Made by a program: the position numbers and the translations under genes
Part shown: positions 8,239 through 16,509 of the stretch, in pieces
How positions within the stretch are numbered: the first letter of the stretch is position 1
How the letters are laid out: each line of letters begins with the position of its first letter
The notes under the pieces: model-generated
Told to the model about the DNA's origin: nothing
Databases searched by the model: none
What the model saw: only the letters and a program-made list of their open reading frames with translations
Assembly: GCA_964004625.1 (NCBI GenBank)
Contig: CAXFOB010000002.1
Span: 510 to 64,509 of the forward strand
Direction of reading: 5' to 3'
DNA from: an uncultured Flavobacteriales bacterium
GTDB lineage: Bacteria > Bacteroidota > Bacteroidia > Flavobacteriales > BACL11
DNA: 64,000 nt

Positions 8239-10542
8239 TCACAATGACTTCATTACAAATCCAACATAAAATGTTCTCGGTACACTCGGACCATAAATAT
8301 AATTACTATCCCTTTCTTTTCCACTATCAAAATCACTCTGATAATCATTCGTTAGGTTTTTAACACCTAAACTATATTCAAGACTCACTGCTACTTTCTT
8401 CATCTTTTGAACATAAGTCGCTTTTACACCTATCGCATTAAATACATCAGAAGTTTTATACTCATCATTTTGTTGTTCTGGAGCACCCCCCATATGAACT
8501 AAGTCCATAGTACCAGTATGTACTAGGTTGGTTGACAACCTAAATTTGTCTGATGGAGTATAATCAATTGTTGCGTACCCATAATTGTTAGGAGTTCTTA
8601 AAAAAGACCTTTTAGACCCTAATTCATCTGAATAACTTACCGGATTTTCATACAAAGACTTTTGAATTGTAAATCCTGACTCTATCTGTATTTTCTTATC
8701 ATAATTTACTCTAAATTCTACAGTAACTCCCTTTACATTAGCACCATCTCCATTTCTTTTTACAAACACCTCACCAAACTCATCTTCTCCATCAGGGTCT
8801 TGGTAAAAAGCATCATCTAATCTAGTGTGAAATCCTTCTAAAGTAAATCCATATATATAATGTGAAGATGCTTTATCATAATTAATTGAAGAACTTAAAC
8901 TTTTTGATCTTTCTTCTTTTAAATCGTCTGCTAGTTCAATTCTTGAAATGCCTCCACCCGCAAAAGCAATATGTAAATCAGTATCAAAAGCTTGCGGAGC
9001 TCTAAAACCTGTACTATAAGACATTCTGAACTGTGTATTCTTTTGCAATTTATACAATAAAGATACTCTAGGACTAATAACCATCTTGTCCAATAAAGAA
9101 TGTTTATCCAACCGAGATCCACTCAAAAGGTTAATTCTCTCTGTTAAATCCCAATCCGATTGTAAAAACACTCCAATTGTTTTCATTTTCTGATCTACAA
9201 GATAGTTATATGCAGAAATTTCATCCATTATATTGTCAGTAGTGTATTCTGAACCAACAGTAAAAACATTAGAACCTAAAAAATTTTCGTATTTATGATT
9301 TAACTGGAAACCAAATTGACTAGTAGTGTTTAAAGAGACTCCGTAAGGTGGATTAGACAAGTGATCTATATCCTCAACAGTAGCTGTATCTGGTCTAATA
9401 CCCGTATAATGTTCTCTTTGCGTTTGTTGAGATGCTAGATAAGTAATAAACGAAGATGTTCCATCATTAAAATTAATTTGATAATCTAGGTTAGCTAACA
9501 ACACATCATGAACTCTTTCTTCAGCTTGCATAGAAAAATGCGCAGAACCATCAATCATCTCCCCTCCATATCTATATTCATGTAAACTCCCCATATTTAT
9601 TTCTAATTTTTGATTACCTGAAGGTAAGAAAAAGAAATTAGCACCAAAAGTATTATCTTTTAAGTGAGGTAATTCTGAATAATTATCCCCATTATGGTCA
9701 TACCAATCTCTAATCCTATTATTTATAAAGACAGTTGCTCCTGCTGTTTGATTTTCCGTTATAACAGTAGTATTTCCATACAACACTTTATCATCTACAG
9801 ATTTTTTTATACTACTATAATCATACCCAAAACTAAATCCATTTCTTTTCGGAATCTTTGTTATTACATTAACTACTCCTCCAACCGCGGAAGATCCATA
9901 CAATGAACTCCCACCACCCCTAACAACTTCTATTCTATCAATCATATTTACAGGAATCTGCTCCATACCATACAAACCTGTAAGAGGTGAAAAAATAGGA
10001 CGTCCATTAATAAGAATTTGAGAATAACCACCCGTAAGACCATTCATTCTTAATTGAGTATAGTTACATGTCTGACAGTCATTTTCAACCCTAATCCCTG
10101 GTTGATAATTTAGTCCTTCAGCTAAATTACAAGCTTGGACAGACTCCAATTGTCTACCATCTATTACATTCACTATAACCGGAGATTCTGTTTTTCTTTT
10201 AAAGGTTTTGGTTCCCGTCACTACAACCTGATCAATATCATAAGCAGTTGGATCAACACTAATATTAATCGTATTAACTCCTTGCGAGACATCAACATGT
10301 ATTTTTTTTGTAAGTATTCCTATAGCTGACACAATAATATAATGACTCCCTAATTCAGTATCTTTTATTACATAGTTACCGTTTTCATCTGCAGAAACTC
10401 CCAACCTATTCCCTTTTAAAAGTACATTTGCAAAAGGAACAACTTCTCCATTTGATGTTACCTTACCTTTAATAGTTTGAGCGTTTAAACATATTCCTGA
10501 TACAAAAAATAGTAGTAATACTAGATAAATATTTCTTTTCAT
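8239..10542 (-). CDS. TonB-dependent receptor with N-terminal CarboxypepD_reg-like domain
   Basis: Signal peptide, then a carboxypeptidase-regulatory-like fold (GKVTS..PFANVLL..TDENGNY-type). The plug region shows IDRIEVVRGGGSSLYGS. A long beta-barrel ends in an aromatic-rich C-terminus (YVGFVMKSL). Confidence 0.85.
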   Translation of the reverse strand: MKRNIYLVLLLFFVSGICLNAQTIKGKVTSNGEVVPFANVLLKGNRLGVSADENGNYVIKDTELGSHYIIVSAIGILTKKIHVDVSQGVNTINISVDPTAYDIDQVVVTGTKTFKRKTESPVIVNVIDGRQLESVQACNLAEGLNYQPGIRVENDCQTCNYTQLRMNGLTGGYSQILINGRPIFSPLTGLYGMEQIPVNMIDRIEVVRGGGSSLYGSSAVGGVVNVITKIPKRNGFSFGYDYSSIKKSVDDKVLYGNTTVITENQTAGATVFINNRIRDWYDHNGDNYSELPHLKDNTFGANFFFLPSGNQKLEINMGSLHEYRYGGEMIDGSAHFSMQAEERVHDVLLANLDYQINFNDGTSSFITYLASQQTQREHYTGIRPDTATVEDIDHLSNPPYGVSLNTTSQFGFQLNHKYENFLGSNVFTVGSEYTTDNIMDEISAYNYLVDQKMKTIGVFLQSDWDLTERINLLSGSRLDKHSLLDKMVISPRVSLLYKLQKNTQFRMSYSTGFRAPQAFDTDLHIAFAGGGISRIELADDLKEERSKSLSSSINYDKASSHYIYGFTLEGFHTRLDDAFYQDPDGEDEFGEVFVKRNGDGANVKGVTVEFRVNYDKKIQIESGFTIQKSLYENPVSYSDELGSKRSFLRTPNNYGYATIDYTPSDKFRLSTNLVHTGTMDLVHMGGAPEQQNDEYKTSDVFNAIGVKATYVQKMKKVAVSLEYSLGVKNLTNDYQSDFDSGKERDSNYIYGPSVPRTFYVGFVMKSL

Positions 10543-10587
10543 TTTCTATTAGTATTTTTTTAATTACACATTACAAATATCAAAATT

Positions 10588-10607
10588 TTTAGATTAGTCT
10601 AAACTTT
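10588..10607. promoter_or_regulatory. putative DtxR/MntR-family operator (iron-box-like palindrome)
   Basis: TTAGATTAGTCTAAACTTT matches the DtxR consensus TTAGGTTAGCCTAACCTAA at 14/19 positions. It contains the perfect dyad TTTAGA-n4-TCTAAA. It lies in the divergent spacer between the receptor and the DtxR-family regulator. Confidence 0.5.
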
Positions 10608-10628
10608 TATTTATATTAATTTAATTAT

Positions 10629-10636
10629 TATTTTTG
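10629..10636 (+). promoter_or_regulatory. putative -7 promoter box (TATTTTTG) for the regulator-ZIP operon
   Basis: Exact TAnnTTTG match ending 4 nt before the ATG at 10641, implying a leaderless or near-leaderless mRNA. Confidence 0.45.
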
Positions 10637-10640
10637 TGTC

Positions 10641-11297
10641 ATGATTACATCAGCTGAAGAAAATTATTTAAAAGCTATTTTATCCATTTCTTTAAAAGAT
10701 GACAGCAAGGTATCTACTAACTCTATTTCTAGAGAAATAGGAACATCTGCAGCATCTGTATCAGACATGTTAAAGAAACTTCAAGATAAAAAACTAATTA
10801 AGTACGAGAAATACAAGGGAGTAGAATTAAGTAAAAAAGGAGAAATAAAAGCCATAAACATTCTTAGGAAACACAGATTATGGGAAACATTTTTAGTTAA
10901 TAACCTTGGATTCAATTGGGGAGAAGTACATGATGTAGCGGAACAATTAGAACATATTAAATCCTCCGAACTTATAGACAGACTAGATTCCTATTTATCT
11001 TTTCCAAAATACGATCCTCATGGAGAACCCATACCTAATAAAGAAGGAAAGATACCTAGTAGAAATACTATTCCTTTAAATGAACTAAAAGTGGGAATAA
11101 AGGGAAATGTAATGGGAGTTACTTTGGACGATAAAACCTTTTTAAACTACCTTACTCAACTAAACATTAGTATAGGAACTGAAATTGAATTAATAGAGAA
11201 AATCATCTTTGACAAATCTTTAAGTATAAAAATAGAAAAAAACAATAATCACATCACTAATGATGTAGCAAAACACCTTCTAATAAGAACAAAATAA
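10641..11297 (+). CDS. DtxR/MntR-family metal-dependent transcriptional regulator with C-terminal FeoA/SH3-like domain
   Basis: SAEENYLKAI start, winged HTH (ISREIGTSAASVSDMLKKL), metal/dimerisation helix HRLWETFL...VHDVAEQLEH, and a FeoA-like tail. Confidence 0.85.
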   Translation: MITSAEENYLKAILSISLKDDSKVSTNSISREIGTSAASVSDMLKKLQDKKLIKYEKYKGVELSKKGEIKAINILRKHRLWETFLVNNLGFNWGEVHDVAEQLEHIKSSELIDRLDSYLSFPKYDPHGEPIPNKEGKIPSRNTIPLNELKVGIKGNVMGVTLDDKTFLNYLTQLNISIGTEIELIEKIIFDKSLSIKIEKNNNHITNDVAKHLLIRTK

Positions 11298-11298
11298 A

Positions 11299-12159
11299 AT
11301 GGAGAATTTAGAAATTTACAAATGGTTTATTCAACAAAGACCAATAATACAAGCGTTATATGCAGGGTTATTCACATGGGGACTAACAGCTCTAGGAGCT
11401 TCATTAGTTTTTCTATTTAAAAATTCGAGTAGAAAAATATTAGATGTTTCATTAGGATTTACCGGAGGTGTTATGATTGCAGCTAGTTTTTGGTCATTAT
11501 TATCACCTGCAATCAATTATGTAGAAATGCAAAATGAAATGGGACTTTCCTCTATACCTTCTTGGATTCCTCCTGCTATAGGATTCTTTTTAGGAGCCTT
11601 GTTTTTGTTTGGTTTAGATAAGACGATCCCTCATTTACACATGTTTTCAAAAAGAGAAGACGCGGAGGGAGTCAAAACTAATTGGAGAAAAACAATATTA
11701 CTTGTACTAGCAATCGCACTACACAATATACCAGAAGGATTAGCTGTTGGGGTTGCATTTGGAGCTTTAGCAAGTCCTGAACTAACAGGCATGAGTGAGA
11801 TATTTTCTATTGGATCTGCTATTGCTTTAGCTATTGGGATTGGAATCCAAAACTTTCCTGAGGGATTTGCGGTATCTATGCCACTTAGAAGACAAGGAGT
11901 AAGTAGATGGAAATCTTGGAAATGGGGACAAATGTCTGCAATTGTAGAGCCTATTTTTGCAGTTATTGGAGCTGCTATTGTAATGCAAGTACTACCAATA
12001 CTTCCCTACGCACTCGCCTTTGCAGCAGGAGCTATGATATTTATTGTAGTAGAAGAAGTTATTCCCGAAAGTCAAAGAGGTGGACATACCGACCTCGCAA
12101 CAATGGGACTTATACTAGGTTTTATTGTTATGATGGTATTAGACGTTTCTTTAGGATAA
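11299..12159 (+). CDS. ZIP-family (GufA/ZupT-like) divalent metal permease
   Basis: Multi-pass membrane protein with the ZIP signature helices ALHNIPEGLAVG and GIQNFPEGFAV. It starts 1 nt after the regulator stop. Confidence 0.85.
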   Translation: MENLEIYKWFIQQRPIIQALYAGLFTWGLTALGASLVFLFKNSSRKILDVSLGFTGGVMIAASFWSLLSPAINYVEMQNEMGLSSIPSWIPPAIGFFLGALFLFGLDKTIPHLHMFSKREDAEGVKTNWRKTILLVLAIALHNIPEGLAVGVAFGALASPELTGMSEIFSIGSAIALAIGIGIQNFPEGFAVSMPLRRQGVSRWKSWKWGQMSAIVEPIFAVIGAAIVMQVLPILPYALAFAAGAMIFIVVEEVIPESQRGGHTDLATMGLILGFIVMMVLDVSLG

Positions 12160-12175
12160 ACCCTCTTCTTTTTAC

Positions 12176-12183
12176 TATCTTTG
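12176..12183 (+). promoter_or_regulatory. putative -7 promoter box (TATCTTTG) for smpB
   Basis: Exact TAnnTTTG match 7 nt upstream of the ATG at 12191. Confidence 0.45.
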
Positions 12184-12190
12184 CCACTTT

Positions 12191-12646
12191 ATGAGCATGG
12201 ATTTTATAAACATAAAGAATAGAAAAGCATCTCACGAATACGAATTTATTACTAAATACGTTGCAGGTGTAGTGCTTAAAGGAACAGAAATAAAATCTAT
12301 CAGAAATTCTCAAGTGAACATGTCTGACTCTCATTGTGTGTTTATTGAAGAGGAACTTTGGATAAAAAATCTACATATTTCGGAATACGAAAATGGAGGT
12401 TATTCTAACCATGAACCAAAAAGAGAACGAAAACTTCTACTTAACAAACAAGAGTTAGAAAAAATTCATGGAAAGGTAAAAACAAAAGGGATTACTATTA
12501 TTCCTTTACGATTGTTTGTAAATAAAAAAGGAAGAGCAAAAATTGAGATTGCAGTAGCAAAAGGTAAAAAATTATTTGACAAAAGAGAATCCTTAAAAGA
12601 AAAAGACAATAAAAGAGATTTAGATAGAATCAGAAAAAACTTCTAA
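12191..12646 (+). CDS. smpB: SsrA-binding protein SmpB
   Basis: NRKASHEYEF, GTEIKSIR, ISEYE, RERKLLL motifs. The length and basic C-terminal tail are typical. Confidence 0.9.
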   Translation: MSMDFINIKNRKASHEYEFITKYVAGVVLKGTEIKSIRNSQVNMSDSHCVFIEEELWIKNLHISEYENGGYSNHEPKRERKLLLNKQELEKIHGKVKTKGITIIPLRLFVNKKGRAKIEIAVAKGKKLFDKRESLKEKDNKRDLDRIRKNF

Positions 12647-14110
12647 ATGACAAAATACATCCTCCCTATTTTACTTATAATTCTCAGTTATTCTTGCAAA
12701 AAGGAAAATATACAATCTAATGAAAATGCTATATTAAATTTTTCAAATGACACTATTATTTTCGACACGATCTTTACTTCTGTAGGATCTATAACACATC
12801 AGTTAACAGTTTATAATAATAATGACTTTAATGTTACAACAAATGTTAGATTATCCGGAAATACTGAAGGTAATTTTAGAATGAATGTGGATGGAGAAAG
12901 TGGAAACAACATAGAAAATGTTACAATTGCCGCAAAGGACAGCATGTTTGTTTTCTTGGAAGTAACAATTGACCCTACAAATACAAACACTCCATATTTA
13001 GTTTCAGACTCCATTTTATTTACAACAGGAAACAACCAACAAGATGTTGATTTAATAGCTTACGGACAAGATGCTTATTTTCATACTGCCAATACGTATG
13101 GTGAAATAATTGATGGAGAAGACACAAGTAGATTTCATTATCATAAATTAGATTGTCATGAGTTATGGAATAACGATAAGCCGCATGTTATTTACGGATA
13201 TGTTATTGTAGACCCTAATTGTCAACTCACTATAAATGAAGGAACAACAGTTTACTTACATAAAAACTCAGGAATAATTGTAGGAAATCCTTTTTCATCC
13301 AATTCTGGAGGAACAATTAAAGTAAATGGAGATTTAGGAAATGAAGTGACATTTAGAGGGGATAGATTAGATTCTTGGTACGACTCCATTCCTGGTCAGT
13401 GGGACAGAATTTGGTTATACCCAGGAAGTATAGATAATGAGTTTAATTATACTAATTTCCAGAACGGAACGATTGCAATACATGCAGACACAATAGGGAA
13501 CAACAATCCCAATACTATACTTAATAATTGCAGGATCGATAATATGTCTGCAATTGGAATTTTAGGACAAGGAACAAAAATAGAGGTAAACAATACTATT
13601 ATAACTAAATGCGGACAGTATTCGGTAGTTTGTAATATAGGTGGGGATTACTCTTTTAAGCATTGTACTTTTGCTAATTATTGGAATTTTGATAACAGAA
13701 ACACTCCTTCTATCCTACTAAATAATTTTTATGAAGGGTCGGACGGAAATATTTATATTAGAGATTTAAACTCTGCTTATTTTGGTAATTGTATTATTGA
13801 CGGAAACTTATCCACTGAAATATCCTTTCAGGAAAATGAGACGGGTAATTTCAACTATACTTTCGATCATTCTCTCATAAAAATAGATACTACTAAAAAC
13901 AACACGAATACTTCTGATTTTATAGATGTAATAAAGAATGAATCACCAGAATTTGTAAGTAAAAAACTATTTGATTTTCATCTTTCTGATGAATCTCCAT
14001 GTATTTCTGCAGGAGATTTTAATATTACACAATCAGAAACTATTTTATTTTCCGATATAGAAGGAAACTCAAGAGATAATGCTCCCGATTTGGGAGTTTA
14101 TAAGAAATAA
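12647..14110 (+). CDS. lipoprotein, probable right-handed beta-helix / choice-of-anchor type surface protein
   Basis: Lipobox LSYSC. The middle is Asn/Gly-rich and repetitive. The C-terminal SPCISAGD...DIEGNSRDN.PDLGVYK resembles ends of beta-helix surface proteins. Function unknown. Confidence 0.6.
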   Translation: MTKYILPILLIILSYSCKKENIQSNENAILNFSNDTIIFDTIFTSVGSITHQLTVYNNNDFNVTTNVRLSGNTEGNFRMNVDGESGNNIENVTIAAKDSMFVFLEVTIDPTNTNTPYLVSDSILFTTGNNQQDVDLIAYGQDAYFHTANTYGEIIDGEDTSRFHYHKLDCHELWNNDKPHVIYGYVIVDPNCQLTINEGTTVYLHKNSGIIVGNPFSSNSGGTIKVNGDLGNEVTFRGDRLDSWYDSIPGQWDRIWLYPGSIDNEFNYTNFQNGTIAIHADTIGNNNPNTILNNCRIDNMSAIGILGQGTKIEVNNTIITKCGQYSVVCNIGGDYSFKHCTFANYWNFDNRNTPSILLNNFYEGSDGNIYIRDLNSAYFGNCIIDGNLSTEISFQENETGNFNYTFDHSLIKIDTTKNNTNTSDFIDVIKNESPEFVSKKLFDFHLSDESPCISAGDFNITQSETILFSDIEGNSRDNAPDLGVYKK

Positions 14111-14111
14111 A

Positions 14112-15161
14112 TTATAGAGTAGTCAGAAATTCTATTGTATCAATATTATCTGCATAATCCCAGAGTTTAGGTTTCTGAGTTTTCCCAAAATGAGTATTCT
14201 TTTTTACTATATCTTCTTTACAGACTACACATTGTAATAAATCTATATTTTCATCAATATAGTCCTTTACCTCACTTAAGTCTTCATAAAACTCATAAAA
14301 CAACATAGAAACAGGAGATTGTAAGGAATTATCTTCCTTCATAAGTAAGAATCCGTTTTCAGTTAAATTATGTCCTCCCATCAAGAAAACTGCTTTATTA
14401 TAATCATAATTATTCCTGTATTTTTTATGATTTACAATTTCCTTAAACGGAAAAAACACATCAAACAATTTATCTAAATTATATCCTTTCGGTAAAAAAA
14501 CCTTTGATACACTTCTGCATCCTAAACCAAAATACAGGAACACATCATCTGCTAATCCTTGTAATTCTTGTTTACTTTCTTTTCCGTTAAGTATCGCTAT
14601 CGATCTTCTATTCTTTCTGATTATTCTTCTGATGTTTTTAAAATAATATTCAAAATACTTTGCAGAGTTATCAGACCCAGTAGCAATTACCGCATCAAAC
14701 TTTCTTTCATTAATGTCATCAATATATTCTAATTTATCTGAAATATTAGGGTTAATATCACGTAAAACATCCCAAATAAAAGGAAATAACACCTTGTCAT
14801 TTGATGAAAGCTTCACTACAGCTTTGTTTCCACTAATAATTACAGACATAAAATCATGAAAACCAACCAAAGGAATATTACCCGCCATAACTAGTAAAAC
14901 TTTCTTATTACTCTCGTTTTCCGACAAGTTATAGGGAGTAATCCAAGCATCAAAACCTTCTTCAGACAATTGACCAGAAAGAGCTTTTAAGGAATTCAAA
15001 ACACTTTCCTCTGTAAACCAATTATTCCTAATCTCAGCCTCTTCAATTTTACTTTTAAGGATTTCTAATTTATCTAATAAAAAATCAGGAGAATCTTGAT
15101 CTAATTGGGAAAGAAATTCTCCTAATTTTATAAAACTATTAATCCTATCTTTTAATTTCAT
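14112..15161 (-). CDS. LuxC-like acyl-CoA reductase family protein
   Basis: Length and blocks (LLVMAGNIPLVGFHDF, ATGSDNSAKYFEYYF, FLYFGLGCRS) recall the Bacteroidota acyl-CoA reductase (LuxC) family. This is recognised from memory only. Confidence 0.55.
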   Translation of the reverse strand: MKLKDRINSFIKLGEFLSQLDQDSPDFLLDKLEILKSKIEEAEIRNNWFTEESVLNSLKALSGQLSEEGFDAWITPYNLSENESNKKVLLVMAGNIPLVGFHDFMSVIISGNKAVVKLSSNDKVLFPFIWDVLRDINPNISDKLEYIDDINERKFDAVIATGSDNSAKYFEYYFKNIRRIIRKNRRSIAILNGKESKQELQGLADDVFLYFGLGCRSVSKVFLPKGYNLDKLFDVFFPFKEIVNHKKYRNNYDYNKAVFLMGGHNLTENGFLLMKEDNSLQSPVSMLFYEFYEDLSEVKDYIDENIDLLQCVVCKEDIVKKNTHFGKTQKPKLWDYADNIDTIEFLTTL

Positions 15162-15174
15162 TTTTGATTTTTAT

Positions 15175-15204
15175 AAAAAGCCCCTTCCAAGAGGAAGAGG
15201 TTTT
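15175..15204 (-). terminator. intrinsic terminator downstream of sucC
   Basis: On the minus transcript: CCTCTTCC-TCTT-GGAAGGGG (8 bp, one G-U pair) followed by CTTTTT. It lies 23 nt past the sucC stop. Confidence 0.6.
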
Positions 15205-15226
15205 ATTTCTATCTATTTTGACGAAA

Positions 15227-16417
15227 TTAAGATAATACTTCCGCAACCTTATCAGCTGCCTCTTGTAATAATATTACAGACTCTACTTGTAATCCACTTT
15301 CATCTATTAATCTCTTAGCTTCTTCTGCATTTGTTCCTTGTAACCTTACAATTAAAGGAACATTGATATCTCCTATGTTTTTGTAAGCGTCTACAATTCC
15401 TTGAGCTACTCTATCACATCTTACAATCCCTCCAAAAATATTCACTAAAATAGCTTTTACTTCAGGATCTTTTAAAATTATTCTGAATGCTTGCTCAACT
15501 CTTTTTGCATCTGCTGTACCTCCTACATCTAAAAAGTTTGCTGGGTTACCTCCTGCCATTTTAATTATATCCATAGTTGCCATAGCAAGTCCAGCACCAT
15601 TTACCAAACAACCAACATTTCCATCTAACTTCACAAAGTTCAGACCATATTCACCTGCTTCTATTTCTGTTGGATCTTCTTCCCTTTTATCTCTTAACTC
15701 TACATAATCCTTATGTCTGAATAAAGAGTTGTCGTCTATAGTAACTTTAGAATCTACTGCCATTATCTTATCATCAGATGTTTTTAATACCGGATTAATC
15801 TCAAAAAGGGAAGAATCGGTTTTATCATATGCAGTATATAAAGCATATACAAACTTTGTCATCTCCTTAAAAGCAGTTCCTGTTAAACCAAGATTAAATG
15901 CTACTTTTCTGCACTGAAAACCAGTTAAACCTACTTTAGGATCAATCTCCTCTGTAAAAATTAAATGTGGAGTTTCTTCTGCAACTAACTCAATATCCAT
16001 TCCTCCTTCACTAGAATACATAATCATGTTTCTACCAGTAGACCTATTTAATAAAACAGACATATAAAATTCTGAAGTTTCACTTTCACCTGGATAATAT
16101 ACATCTTCTGCGATCAGAACTTGATGAACTGTTTTACCTTCAGCAGAAGTTTGAGGAGTCACTAATTGCATTCCTAAAATATCATCAGAAACAGATCTTA
16201 CTTCATCTAGTGATTTAGATAATCTTACTCCACCTCCCTTTCCTCTTCCTCCTGCGTGCACCTGAGCTTTTACTACCCACCAGCTTGTACCTGTTTCTTC
16301 ATTTAACTTTTCTGCTGCAGCAACCGCTTCTTCAGGTGTTGAAGCAACTATTCCTCTTTGGATTCTAACTCCAAAACTATTTAACAGTTCTTTTCCTTGA
16401 TATTCGTGTAAATTCAT
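15227..16417 (-). CDS. sucC: succinate--CoA ligase (ADP-forming) subunit beta
   Basis: MNLHEYQGKELL N-terminus, the ATP-grasp block VVKAQVHAGGRGKGGGV, and the NIFGGI.RCD motif. Confidence 0.95.
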   Translation of the reverse strand: MNLHEYQGKELLNSFGVRIQRGIVASTPEEAVAAAEKLNEETGTSWWVVKAQVHAGGRGKGGGVRLSKSLDEVRSVSDDILGMQLVTPQTSAEGKTVHQVLIAEDVYYPGESETSEFYMSVLLNRSTGRNMIMYSSEGGMDIELVAEETPHLIFTEEIDPKVGLTGFQCRKVAFNLGLTGTAFKEMTKFVYALYTAYDKTDSSLFEINPVLKTSDDKIMAVDSKVTIDDNSLFRHKDYVELRDKREEDPTEIEAGEYGLNFVKLDGNVGCLVNGAGLAMATMDIIKMAGGNPANFLDVGGTADAKRVEQAFRIILKDPEVKAILVNIFGGIVRCDRVAQGIVDAYKNIGDINVPLIVRLQGTNAEEAKRLIDESGLQVESVILLQEAADKVAEVLS

Positions 16418-16436
16418 TTTTAAAATTTTAGTTGTG

Positions 16437-16444
16437 CAAAAATA
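16437..16444 (-). promoter_or_regulatory. putative -7 promoter box (TATTTTTG) for sucC
   Basis: Exact TAnnTTTG match on the minus strand, 19 nt upstream of the ATG at 16417. Confidence 0.5.
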
Positions 16445-16486
16445 TAGGAATCAATGGAATTGCAACCTCTTGTCAAGAATAAATTA

Positions 16487-16494
16487 TATTTTTG
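16487..16494 (+). promoter_or_regulatory. putative -7 promoter box (TATTTTTG) for the CBM9-like/DUF5916 gene
   Basis: Exact TAnnTTTG match 15 nt upstream of the ATG at 16510. Its TTG is the start used by the ORF track. Confidence 0.5.
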
Positions 16495-16509
16495 CGTCAT
16501 CAAAATTTT

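Noticed and set aside
11907-12334. Small ORFs overlapping the ZIP gene end and the smpB start (11907-12194 plus strand, 12128-12334 minus strand).
   Set aside because: They overlap well-supported genes and a promoter box, and their translations are Cys/Arg/Tyr-rich nonsense typical of off-frame reading.
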